Part shown: in pieces, positions 19,170 to 28,046 of the stretch
How the letters are laid out: the number at the start of each line of letters is the position of its first letter
How positions within the stretch are numbered: position 1 is the stretch's first letter
NCBI GenBank assembly: GCA_011390345.1
Contig: JAABSP010000006.1
Span: 35,108-99,107, forward strand
From: Desulfobacteraceae bacterium
GTDB taxonomy: Bacteria; Desulfobacterota; Desulfobacteria; Desulfobacterales; JAABSP01
DNA length: 64,000 nucleotides
Reading direction: 5' to 3'
The notes under the pieces: model-generated
The model's input: the letters and a program-made list of their open reading frames with translations, nothing else
Database searches by the model: none
What the model was told of the DNA's origin: nothing
Made by a program: the position numbers and the translations under genes

Positions 19170-20049
19170 GATCGTCGAGCGCGACGATCAGCTTGGGGAA
19201 CCATCCGCCTGCGGATCGGTCCTGTGCAAGGGCGACCGCGATATAGCGCCGGCCGTCCCTCTCCACGATGGCACTGTCGGCATGGTACTGGCGCCATGAC
19301 CCCGATTTTCGAAATATCTTCGATCCGGGGCGGTCCCCTTCCAGCCCTTTGACGAACTTGTGGTGGATGCCGGGATTGCCGAGGATCTTCTTCATCTGCC
19401 GGCTCATCTCCGGAGATACGAGCCTTCCGGTCTCCATAAGATAGTAGAAGCGGGCCGTCTGCAGGACTGTTGCGCCGTGGGAAAGATTGTAGAGGGGGTC
19501 CCGCTTCCATGCGGGATGCTTTCCGTACTCCTTGCCCACCCAGAGGCCACCGCTCCCTTTCCGGTCATAGAGAAGATATTCCGGCGATTGGAGCAGCTCG
19601 GCCAGTTGGGGTTTGCCCACCCGGTTCAGAATCTCGGTGGCGCAGCGGTTGCTGGAATTGCGGATCATCCGGGTGATGGTCTCCATGGTTTTGGCATCTG
19701 TCGGCAGCCGTCCCTTGTCGATCGCATCAAATGCCCCCAGCAGGATCGCGATCTTGGGCAGACTGGCCGCGTAGATCATGGTGTCGCCGTTGATGAAGGC
19801 CGCCCTCGGCGATTCGGGATCGGTGATGTCGACCAGGGCTACGGCCAGCCGTTTCTGCCGGGCCGCAGGTGTCAGATGGAGCAATGAGACGGCCTTTTCA
19901 AGCCCCTGCTGGAGTCCGGTATCCCGGCTTTCTTTCAGGAGGGGCCATTCGGAAAAGGAATGGCCTGCTTTTTCGATCTCGGTGGCATAAAGGGGAAGGG
20001 AGAGAAACGCGATGATCATCAGTCCGGCCAGAAAAGTTTTTTTGAACAT
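19093..20049 (-). CDS. Class A beta-lactamase-like serine hydrolase, exported
   Basis: I moved the start to MFKKTFLAGLMIIAFLSLPLYA (signal peptide). Motifs SLPK (SxxK), SSN and RKSGSW (KSG) are present. Its 3' end overlaps the convergent gene by 77 nt. Confidence 0.65.
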   Translation of the reverse strand: MFKKTFLAGLMIIAFLSLPLYATEIEKAGHSFSEWPLLKESRDTGLQQGLEKAVSLLHLTPAARQKRLAVALVDITDPESPRAAFINGDTMIYAASLPKIAILLGAFDAIDKGRLPTDAKTMETITRMIRNSSNRCATEILNRVGKPQLAELLQSPEYLLYDRKGSGGLWVGKEYGKHPAWKRDPLYNLSHGATVLQTARFYYLMETGRLVSPEMSRQMKKILGNPGIHHKFVKGLEGDRPGSKIFRKSGSWRQYHADSAIVERDGRRYIAVALAQDRSAGGWFPKLIVALDDLIHHPERYLAQRPEQGASRSDEAIP

Positions 20050-20162
20050 AAAAACGATACTCCTTAGCATATCTGTTATCATTTCACAGATTCGGGTTGA
20101 TTTTCGTTCTGGTTTTTTTCGCATCAAGCCGGACACTATATTATATTTGATTTGGATTGTAA

Positions 20163-21503
20163 ATGTTAAAGTTGATAAAACTCAGGAAAAAGACCTGCAT
20201 GCCGAAAAAACCGTCTCTGAGATCAGCCAGGCGGCGGACCGCGCTGCTCTTCTTTAATTTTATGCTGATCATCATGGCGATCTATCAGGTCAAACCGGCC
20301 AGCCGCTCTCTCTTCATCGAGTGGATCGGCTCGGAGCAGTTCCCCTATGTCTGGATCGGCTCTGCGATCACCATGGGAATCTTTATCCCCTTTTATCACT
20401 GGGTGAACCGGCGGTTTGGAAGATTTAGGGTCGTTATGGGAACTTATACAGCGGTCACGCTGATCCTCTTAGGTTTCGAAGGCGCGCTGATCTATCCCCA
20501 TCCGGCCACAGTGGTGCTCTTCTATCTTTTTGTGGATGTTCTGGGGGTGATCCTGGTGGAGCAGTTCTGGAGCCTCTGCAATTCGATCTATACCACCCAT
20601 GAGGGGCGGAACTGGTACGGATTGGTCGGAACCGGGGGGCTCATCGGCGGGACCATCGGCGGTGCGGGTGCTGCGGCCGTGCTTCACTATACACCGTTGA
20701 AGACCGTGGATCTGCTGCCGGCCGCGGCCGTTATAATGGTGGTTCTCCTCTTCATGAACTGGCGAATGGGCCGGGAGGGCTTCTACTGCGAGATCGACGG
20801 CGAAGGCGGGTCCGGAAAGATCCTGAAGAGCGCATGGCCCCGGCTTATCCGCCACCCTTATCTTCTGATGATTGCCGGATTGCTGCTGCTGAGCCAGATC
20901 GTCGCGCCGGTGGTGGAGTATCAGTTCCTAAATGTGGTGGCCCGGGAGATCGAATCCCAGGAGATGCGGACCACCTTCCTTTCGATATTTTTCGGTGTGC
21001 TCGGGTTCTTCTCCATCATCGTCAATCTGGGGATAACGCCGGTGGTCCACCGGTATCTGGGGGTGATTCCGGGGCTTGTGATGCAGCCGCTGGTGCTGGC
21101 CATAAGCTCGATCCTCTTCTGTTTCCATCCGACCCTTCTCATCGGCGCGGTCGCCAAGATCTGCGACAGGGGGCTGGGAAACTCGATCAACCGGACATCC
21201 AGAGAGCTGCTCTATGTCCCGATCGAGCCGAGTCTCGTGTTCCAGGCAAAGACCCTCATCGACATGTTCGGATTCCGGATGTTCAAGGTGATCGGATCAT
21301 TTCTGATCCTGCTCTTCACCCGATGGTTTCCGGTTCAGCTCGACCTGCCTCAGCTCAGCATCTTCAGCGTCGTGGCCTGCAGCCTATGGATACTTCTGGT
21401 GATCAAAATCCGGCGCCATTATCAGCATCTGACCCGGCCCGTTCGCGCGATTCGCTCTCAGGCCGGGGCAAAAAACAACCCGAATGGGTGGATTCGAAAT
21501 TGA
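20163..21503 (+). CDS. TLC/Npt1-Npt2-like (ATP:ADP antiporter family-like) MFS-type transporter
   Basis: Polytopic protein. YQVKPASRSLF and VEQFWSLCNSIYTTHEGRNWYGLVGTGGLIGGTIGG resemble the conserved LRxxKD and ELW..FW.FAN...AKR.Y segments of the TLC family. The assignment is from memory only. The start may be at 20199. Confidence 0.5.
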   Translation: MLKLIKLRKKTCMPKKPSLRSARRRTALLFFNFMLIIMAIYQVKPASRSLFIEWIGSEQFPYVWIGSAITMGIFIPFYHWVNRRFGRFRVVMGTYTAVTLILLGFEGALIYPHPATVVLFYLFVDVLGVILVEQFWSLCNSIYTTHEGRNWYGLVGTGGLIGGTIGGAGAAAVLHYTPLKTVDLLPAAAVIMVVLLFMNWRMGREGFYCEIDGEGGSGKILKSAWPRLIRHPYLLMIAGLLLLSQIVAPVVEYQFLNVVAREIESQEMRTTFLSIFFGVLGFFSIIVNLGITPVVHRYLGVIPGLVMQPLVLAISSILFCFHPTLLIGAVAKICDRGLGNSINRTSRELLYVPIEPSLVFQAKTLIDMFGFRMFKVIGSFLILLFTRWFPVQLDLPQLSIFSVVACSLWILLVIKIRRHYQHLTRPVRAIRSQAGAKNNPNGWIRN

Positions 21504-21507
21504 GCCG

Positions 21508-22911
21508 CTAAAGCGTCAGATCGCCTTCCAGAAGGGTACGGGCCATTACAACTGCCTGCCCGTCGCCGCTGTTTTCGATCTTCACCGCCTCTTTTGCCAC
21601 AATCCCCTTTTCAAACCGGACATCTCCGCTCACGGAAAAGGCGCTGCACGCTTTCAGAGAGGGTACGCCTTCGGGAAATCGGGCGTCGAACCCGTCTATC
21701 TTCTTGTAGTATTCTGAATCGAGGCTGATTTTGATGTCATCATACCGGTTCTCCGGGTTGAGGATCAGGCCGTCCTTTTCATCCAGCAGAAACCGGTCCG
21801 ACCGGACTGCAAGCAGGTCCCCGCTCTTTTTCACGGGAAAGAAGCGGCTTCGGGAGACCGCAAGCGCTGCCGCCTCCGGAAAGAGCGAGATGGCCGCGCC
21901 CATCGCGGTCTCCACCTGATAGACCGGAGGGCTTTTCTCGTCTCTCGGGTCCAGGGTCTTGGGATTCAGGATCATGGGGAGCCGGATCGTCTTCTCCCGC
22001 GCGATGAGATCCTTTAAAAACTTGAGGTTGACCCAGAGGTTGTTGGTGTTGAAGAACCTGTACCGCTCGATATCGGTGAAGGCATCCATCTCATCTTCGG
22101 GACACTGGGCCGCCTCCCTCAGCAGGAGATATCCTTCCTTGTGGCGGGCCAGATGGCCCCCTTTCATATCCGAAGGGGTGCGCCTGGCCACCTCCATCAT
22201 GAAGGGATAATTCTTTTCGGCAAAATAACCGAGGATGGAGGGCTCCATAGACGCGCCAAGGTTGTCGGAATTGCAGATAAAGGCGTATTCGATCCCTGAA
22301 TCGAGAAGCCTGTCAAGCATTCCGGATGTCAGCAGCGCGGTGTAGATGTCGCCGTGTCCCGGCGGGTTCCACTCCAGATCCGGATCATCGGACCATTCGG
22401 CCGGGGAGAGATCCGACTGCAGGATCTTGGGAAATTTGTGTTGGAGAAAGGTGATCGGCTTCTGGGGAAGGTCCATCCGGGAGAGGACATCTTCGGTCTC
22501 CTGGTGGGTGCTGAAGCTGTTCATCAGCGCAAGGGTGACGCGCCGCTGCCGGGCCATCTCCACGATGATGTCGATGAATCGTTTTCCCTCCTTCACCTCC
22601 AGCAGGGATTTAGGGCCCGTGAGGCCCATGCTCGTTCCCAGCCCACCGTTCAGGACGATCATCACCGCATTTTCAAAGGCTTTTTTCCCCGCATCGGTAT
22701 AGGGGCTCAGGTTTTCGGCCTCTTCGATCTCATCCGGGGAGATGGCCTGGATATCGCTGTTCCGGATCATTCCGGTCTCGCCGGTGATGACCTTTTCATA
22801 ATAATGGGCAAAGGTGTCGATGACCACCGGAGGAAGTTCTGCCTCCTCCATCTTTTTCGTAAATGCCGAAAGATGCCCTTTCTGCGGATTCGACTGACCA
22901 GATCGTGCCAT
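21508..22911 (-). CDS. UTP--glucose-1-phosphate uridylyltransferase, UDPGP (eukaryote-type) family
   Basis: VLNGGLGTSMGLTGPKS and NPPGHGDIY...FICNSDNLGA are UDPGP-family signatures. Confidence 0.85.
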   Translation of the reverse strand: MARSGQSNPQKGHLSAFTKKMEEAELPPVVIDTFAHYYEKVITGETGMIRNSDIQAISPDEIEEAENLSPYTDAGKKAFENAVMIVLNGGLGTSMGLTGPKSLLEVKEGKRFIDIIVEMARQRRVTLALMNSFSTHQETEDVLSRMDLPQKPITFLQHKFPKILQSDLSPAEWSDDPDLEWNPPGHGDIYTALLTSGMLDRLLDSGIEYAFICNSDNLGASMEPSILGYFAEKNYPFMMEVARRTPSDMKGGHLARHKEGYLLLREAAQCPEDEMDAFTDIERYRFFNTNNLWVNLKFLKDLIAREKTIRLPMILNPKTLDPRDEKSPPVYQVETAMGAAISLFPEAAALAVSRSRFFPVKKSGDLLAVRSDRFLLDEKDGLILNPENRYDDIKISLDSEYYKKIDGFDARFPEGVPSLKACSAFSVSGDVRFEKGIVAKEAVKIENSGDGQAVVMARTLLEGDLTL

Positions 22912-23046
22912 TTGAATTGCAACCTCCCTTATCGATATTGACGGTTCTATATTGACGGTAACAGCGACAGTATACCACAGGATGGAGGGATATTGAAATT
23001 ATCTCTCCATCCTGCAGGGAGCATTGCCTGTATTCGACAGATCGGC

Positions 23047-24111
23047 CTATGCGACCGGCACGATCCAGCCGAAGGGATCTTCGGTTTCGCCGTACTGGAT
23101 GGCTTTGATCTCGTCGAAGAGCTTTCGGGCTACAGGTCCGACCGCGCCGCGGCCGATGGTGATCACCCGGTCTCCGTATTTCAGCTCGCCCACCGGAGAG
23201 ATGACCGCAGCCGTTCCGGAGCCGAAGATCTCCTGGAGCTTTCCGCTGTCATGGGCTTCCATCACCTCGTCTATGCTGATGAGCCGTTCTGTCACCTTCA
23301 TCCCCCATTTCATGCCCATCTGCAGCACCGAATCCCGGGTGACGCCCGGCAGGATGGAGCCGTTGAGGATCGGGGTGATCAGCTCGCCGTCGATGACAAA
23401 GAAGATGTTCATGGAGCCGACCTCCTCCACATACTTCTGCTCCACGCCATCGAGCCAGAGTACCTGGGTGTAGCCCTTCTTGTGGGCCGCATCGCCGGCC
23501 GCAAGGCTTGCCGCATAGTTGCCCGGGGTCTTGTATTCTCCCAGTCCGCCGCGAACCGCGCGGACATGGTTCCGGGAGACCCAGATCTTGATCGGATTGA
23601 AGCCTTCGGCGTAATAGGCTCCCACCGGCGAGAGGATCACGAAATACCGGTAGGTGTGGGAGGCCCGAACCCCGAGAAAGGGGTCCATCGCAATAAGAGT
23701 GGGCCGGATGTAGAGGGATGTCTCCTCTGCGCTGGGAATCCACTCCTTTTCCACCCGGAGCAGCTCTTTCAATGCCTCCAGCAGAAAGGCTTCATCCAGC
23801 TCCGGAATGCAGAGCCCCCTTGCAGAGCGGTTGAACCGGGCAAAGTTCTCCTGGGGCCGGAAGAGCTGGATCTTTCCCTCTTTTGTCCGATACCCTTTCA
23901 AGCCCTCGAAGATGGCCTGTCCGTAGTGGAGGACCATCGTGGAGGGGTCCATCGTAATGGGGCCGTAGGGCTCGATTCTCGGGTTGTGCCATCCCTTGTC
24001 CGGGTTGTAGTCCATGTTTAACATGTGATCCGTAAAAATAGAGCCGAAGCCGAGCTTGTCGTCATCAGGCTTCTGTTTCAACTGCTCCGCCTTCTGGATA
24101 GTGATCTGCAT
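23047..24111 (-). CDS. ilvE: Branched-chain amino acid aminotransferase (class IV)
   Basis: 354 aa with the typical type-II BCAT pattern: FEGLKGYR...IRLFRP..N..R...SA, and GGLGEYKTPGNYAASL. Confidence 0.9.
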   Translation of the reverse strand: MQITIQKAEQLKQKPDDDKLGFGSIFTDHMLNMDYNPDKGWHNPRIEPYGPITMDPSTMVLHYGQAIFEGLKGYRTKEGKIQLFRPQENFARFNRSARGLCIPELDEAFLLEALKELLRVEKEWIPSAEETSLYIRPTLIAMDPFLGVRASHTYRYFVILSPVGAYYAEGFNPIKIWVSRNHVRAVRGGLGEYKTPGNYAASLAAGDAAHKKGYTQVLWLDGVEQKYVEEVGSMNIFFVIDGELITPILNGSILPGVTRDSVLQMGMKWGMKVTERLISIDEVMEAHDSGKLQEIFGSGTAAVISPVGELKYGDRVITIGRGAVGPVARKLFDEIKAIQYGETEDPFGWIVPVA

Positions 24112-24358
24112 CTTCAGGGCCTCCTTATAAAGTCTTTGGGTACATGAATGTTATAGGGTTGAAAACCTCTTCCATCGGAATTGAAAAGAGCGAAAAGCCG
24201 AAGTAAACAAAGACCCTATACCAGATTTATCTGCTAAATCAAGTTTTACTTTTTAAGATTTTATCCTTGTCGATATATTTCCCCCGGCTGGTATAGCCGG
24301 TAAAAAATTCCTACCCCTGTATTACATCTTTTTCCCCATTGATGCTTTCAGCCCCTGC

Positions 24359-24565
24359 ATGATAATACAGATCAATAACCGTTCAATAAACATGGATACG
24401 GTCCGAACATCAGCGGAGAATATCCGAAAAACGGCTCAAAGGTCAGCCATGTTAAACAGGATCATCAGAGAAGTCTATATTTTTTTGGGGCTTGTCTTTG
24501 CCGCATCAGCCATCTTTACCCTTTTCTACGGGGTTTCTCTGCTCATGCAACTTCTCAGCACCTGA
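24359..24565 (+). CDS. Small hypothetical membrane protein (68 aa)
   Basis: One C-terminal TM segment (IFLGLVFAASAIFTLFYGVSLLMQLL). A weak hairpin AAATCC-TTAC-GGATTT plus T-run sits right after the stop. I see no convincing RBS. Confidence 0.25.
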   Translation: MIIQINNRSINMDTVRTSAENIRKTAQRSAMLNRIIREVYIFLGLVFAASAIFTLFYGVSLLMQLLST

Positions 24566-24797
24566 AATCCTTACGGATTTTTTCCTTCTTTTTTTCTTTG
24601 AAGCTCTTCTTATCTGTGATATAGTCTTTCACTATCTTTAAATCGCTTCCGCTATCCGCGGTCCTGCCGATTTATACCCGCGGAAGCGCAGCCCTTTTCC
24701 TTTCCAATGAAATGACCGAACATGTGTTATATGCATATCCCTGAAGATAACACGAAACAGAAACAGTGACCCGCGTCTGAAAAAAAAGAGAGGTCTC

Positions 24798-25313
24798 ATG
24801 GACAAAAATTTTCTGGAGATGTGGGGGAATTATCTGATCAATCTGGCCAAGGGGCAGCGCCAGATGGAGGACATATCCCGGTGGATGGGGAAAGAACCGA
24901 CCGGCTTTTCGGAATTCTCTTCGGCCCTACGAAAATTCTACGGCCTCGATTCCCCCAAAGCAGATGCCGCAAAGCAGAAGGCCGATGTTTCCGAAGCCTG
25001 GCGCTCCTCCATTGACACCTTCTGGAAATCCTATCGGGAGTATCTCGACACCATCGGAATGATCCCCAAGGAGGAACACCTGAAGCTGGTCCGGAAGTAT
25101 GAGGACCTGAAGAAGAAGGTTGCGGCCTGCGAGGAGACTATCGAGCATCTAAGGATGCTGCTGAATGAGAAGGGCGGAAGCCAGGGGGAGGTGGTGGAGA
25201 AGTTCCAGTATCTGGTGCAGGACCAGAGCGAGCGGTTTCAGGAGCTGATGCGGGATATGGGGCAGTTTTATCAACAGACAGCCCTGATTCCGGAGAATGA
25301 TGAGAAGAAGTAG
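24798..25313 (+). CDS. Coiled-coil protein, PhaE C-terminal-like (possible PHA granule-associated)
   Basis: The segment IPKEEHLKLVRKYEDLKKKVAACEETIEHL parallels VPTLKEMDALYKDIYVLKKRVNDLSKKVEE at the C-terminus of the phaE product in this window. AGAGAGG precedes the ATG. Confidence 0.4.
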   Translation: MDKNFLEMWGNYLINLAKGQRQMEDISRWMGKEPTGFSEFSSALRKFYGLDSPKADAAKQKADVSEAWRSSIDTFWKSYREYLDTIGMIPKEEHLKLVRKYEDLKKKVAACEETIEHLRMLLNEKGGSQGEVVEKFQYLVQDQSERFQELMRDMGQFYQQTALIPENDEKK

Positions 25314-25341
25314 AGAACTTGGATGGCAGGAGGCCGGAAAC

Positions 25342-25830
25342 ATGGGAGAAAATGAAGGGAAAACGGACCTTTTTTGCAACTATCGGGCATTTGGGCGGAA
25401 GGATTGCATCGCAGTTCCCATCCGCTATTCGCGCTACGACAGTCCCGGAGTCTTTGTCGATGGAATGATGTTCAATCGGGGAACGGGCGGCATCTATTTC
25501 GAGACCGACAAGCTGCTGCCTCCGGGTGCGGATATCTATATCCGTGTTATCAATGGCGCGGCCCAAGTCCACGGGAACGAGGATCTCTATCGCGGCCATG
25601 TGATGTGGTGCAGAAAGATCGTTCGGGAGGATGCCTATATCTACGGTGTGGGGGTCCGGTTCCTGATCAATACCTGCTCCGAATGCGAGGATACCATTCC
25701 TTATGACCAGATCAACCGAACCCTGGATTATCTCCACCTCTGCCCGGACTGCACCAGAAAGCTCGACAGCCTCCAGGATGGGCATCTTAGAAGATCCATC
25801 GAAGAGTATCTTCAGGGGAATATTATATAA
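25342..25830 (+). CDS. PilZ-like domain protein with C-terminal CxxC...CxxC zinc ribbon
   Basis: I moved the start to the ATG at 25342, after AGGAGG. It has RxxxR (RAFGR) and a degenerate D/NxSxxG (NRGTGG), then CSEC...CPDC. Confidence 0.45.
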   Translation: MGENEGKTDLFCNYRAFGRKDCIAVPIRYSRYDSPGVFVDGMMFNRGTGGIYFETDKLLPPGADIYIRVINGAAQVHGNEDLYRGHVMWCRKIVREDAYIYGVGVRFLINTCSECEDTIPYDQINRTLDYLHLCPDCTRKLDSLQDGHLRRSIEEYLQGNII

Positions 25831-25928
25831 AAGGGGCTCATCCCGGTCTTCCATGTTCCGGTCCCATGCGGGTGAGCCCCCAATTCGGCAGGCAAGAAAC
25901 AGCCTGGGTTCTGGCCGCGCTTTTAAAA

Positions 25929-26357
25929 CTACGCCTTCGGCTTTTTGGGCGGGCTGACCAGGGCCTCTCCGTCGATGACCACGGTTCCGTCCTGATTTGT
26001 GCAGGTGGTCCGGAGCCGGACCCTTTTCTTCTCCTCCAGCAGCTCTGCCACCTCGACCACAGCCGTTACGGTATCCCCTATCCGGACCGGCGCGAGAAAA
26101 CTCAGACTCTGCTTCATATAGATGCTTCCCGGGCCCGGAAGCTGCATCCCGATCACGGCCGAGATAAAGCCGGCAGAGAGCATCCCGTGGGCGATCCGCC
26201 CCTTGAAGAAGGTCTCTTTGGCGTAGGCTTCATCGATATGTGCGGGGTTGAGATCTCCGCTGACGCCTGCAAAGAGGTAGATATCCGTCTCCGTCACTGT
26301 CTTTGAAAACTGTGCGGTATCGCCCACCTTGAGCTGATCGAAAGTTTTTCCCGCCAT
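25929..26357 (-). CDS. phaJ: (R)-specific enoyl-CoA hydratase (MaoC/PhaJ hot-dog)
   Basis: Hydratase-2 motif FAGVSGDLNPAHIDEAYA, 142 aa, located in the PHA locus. Confidence 0.85.
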   Translation of the reverse strand: MAGKTFDQLKVGDTAQFSKTVTETDIYLFAGVSGDLNPAHIDEAYAKETFFKGRIAHGMLSAGFISAVIGMQLPGPGSIYMKQSLSFLAPVRIGDTVTAVVEVAELLEEKKRVRLRTTCTNQDGTVVIDGEALVSPPKKPKA

Positions 26358-26464
26358 CTTCTCCTCCTTTTGTCAGAACCCATTTATACATATACAAAAA
26401 CCGGATAAAAAAACCGGCATGAAAAATCCGCGTCTCCCACGGTTCATTTCCGGAAAAAAGATGC

Positions 26465-28009
26465 TTAGAACCAGATCCGATGGCTCCAGATATCCTGTTC
26501 CAGATCCTGCTTGTCCTGCTGAAGGGTCAGGTACATGGAAGCGTTCTGGATGGCCAGCCCCCCCTGATGGGCAAGGGCCACGGCAAGCATGATCTCGTCC
26601 TCGGTAAATACCCGTTTGGTCTCGCTGTAGAGGCGCATAACCCCCACCACATCCTCCCGGGCATGGATGGGAACCGTAAGAATCGCGCCAATTCCCTCTT
26701 TCCGCTTCTCCTCACGGTACTGCACCCCCTCGTCCGTTTCGATGTCTCGGACCACGTTGGGCCGCATGTTCAGGGCACGGTTGATGCTCTCCTCCGCGGA
26801 GATGGGCCCCTTGTCCAGATACTCATCGCTCAACCCGTAGCTTGCAACCAGTTCCAGGGTCTTCTTCTCCTCGTCCAGCAGCCGGATGGAGACCGCCTTT
26901 ACCCCGAAGACCTCCGCGATGTCGGCCGACAGGATATGGAGGATCTTCTTGATGTCCAAAGTCTCGTTCATGCTCACCGCGAAGTCGTGGAAGATCTCCG
27001 TATTCATCCGGATGCGGTTGAAGAGGCGCTCCCGCTCGATGGCAATTCCCCCCTGGTGCGCGAGCCCTTTGATCATCTTGACGAGATGATCCGGAAAGCT
27101 GCGTTTGACGCCGCTGTAGAGACGCAGTTCTCCGATCACATTCTCCCGGGACTCGACGGGAACGCAGAGGACCGAGACGATCCCTTCCCGCTGGGATTCC
27201 TGCGGGTACTGAAGGCGGGGATCGTTGCTCACATCCTCGATGATCACCGTTTCGGCTCGAAGTACCTGGGCCACCACCTCGCTCTTCTCCGCAGAGACGG
27301 AACCTTTGTTGATGAAGGCTTCGCTCAGACCGTAGCTGGCGACCATATCCATCATTTTCGTCTCGGGATTGTACAGGCGGATCGAGACCCCTTTCATGCC
27401 GAATGCCTCGCCGATTTCGGCCGACAGGATATGGAAGACCTTCTTCATATCCCGGCTGGTATTGATGTTGTAGGCGAGGTTGAAGAAGAGATCCGCGTTC
27501 TTGTTGATCCGCTCGAAAAGGCGGGCATGCTGGATGGCTGCGCCCCCCTGTTCTGCCAGGGCCGTCAGAAATTCGATATCGTCTTCGGAAAAATCCCTCG
27601 GCTCTGCGGTATAGAGGGAGAGGACCCCGATGCTCTTGCTTTCCACCATCACCGGAACCGCAAGAATGGATGCGATACCTTCGGCCCGTTTGGCCCCGTG
27701 ATGGTCGAGACGGGGATCTTCTGTGGCATCTTTGAATGCAAGATAGCCGCCGGCCGCCATCAGTTCCTTGATCGCCTCCTCGATCCTCATCGGCTCCGCG
27801 TGCAGGTAATTTTCCGACAGCCCTTTTTGAGCCACCGGCACGGATATCCCCTGTTCCTCATCGGCCATGAAAAGACATGCTGCCTTTGCGCCCATTGTCG
27901 ATATCGCGCTCTCGACAATCAGATCGAGCAGTTCCTCCTTCCGGAGGGTGGTCCCAAAGGCCTTGCTGATTCTGCAAAAGGTCTTGAAGTAGTCGGTGTT
28001 CTTGGTCAT
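26465..28009 (-). CDS. Stand-alone triple-GAF domain protein
   Basis: Three internally similar units of about 165 aa. Each ends in LY(T/S)...R.F(S/T/P).D.I..L..LA.QGG.AI. I see no kinase, cyclase or HTH output domain. Confidence 0.8.
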   Translation of the reverse strand: MTKNTDYFKTFCRISKAFGTTLRKEELLDLIVESAISTMGAKAACLFMADEEQGISVPVAQKGLSENYLHAEPMRIEEAIKELMAAGGYLAFKDATEDPRLDHHGAKRAEGIASILAVPVMVESKSIGVLSLYTAEPRDFSEDDIEFLTALAEQGGAAIQHARLFERINKNADLFFNLAYNINTSRDMKKVFHILSAEIGEAFGMKGVSIRLYNPETKMMDMVASYGLSEAFINKGSVSAEKSEVVAQVLRAETVIIEDVSNDPRLQYPQESQREGIVSVLCVPVESRENVIGELRLYSGVKRSFPDHLVKMIKGLAHQGGIAIERERLFNRIRMNTEIFHDFAVSMNETLDIKKILHILSADIAEVFGVKAVSIRLLDEEKKTLELVASYGLSDEYLDKGPISAEESINRALNMRPNVVRDIETDEGVQYREEKRKEGIGAILTVPIHAREDVVGVMRLYSETKRVFTEDEIMLAVALAHQGGLAIQNASMYLTLQQDKQDLEQDIWSHRIWF

Positions 28010-28046
28010 CTGTGAGGTCTCCTTGGCCTTTTTTGTTTCCGGTGGC

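Noticed and set aside
22993-24021. A 342-aa plus-strand ORF, together with other long antisense ORFs: 13433..14440 (+), 28365..29501 (+), 33623..34651 (-), 51232..52656 (+), 59931..60935 (-), 7043..7969 (-) and 40761..41930 (+).
   Set aside because: Each lies opposite a gene with strong family signatures (ilvE, binding protein, phaC, SBP/kinase, cytochrome c/lipoprotein, ferredoxin/membrane protein, PfpI/AKR, pfkB). Each also shows antisense-like amino-acid composition.
26480-28015. A 511-aa plus-strand ORF.
   Set aside because: It lies antisense to the triple-GAF gene, whose internal threefold repeat and GAF-like motifs support the minus strand.
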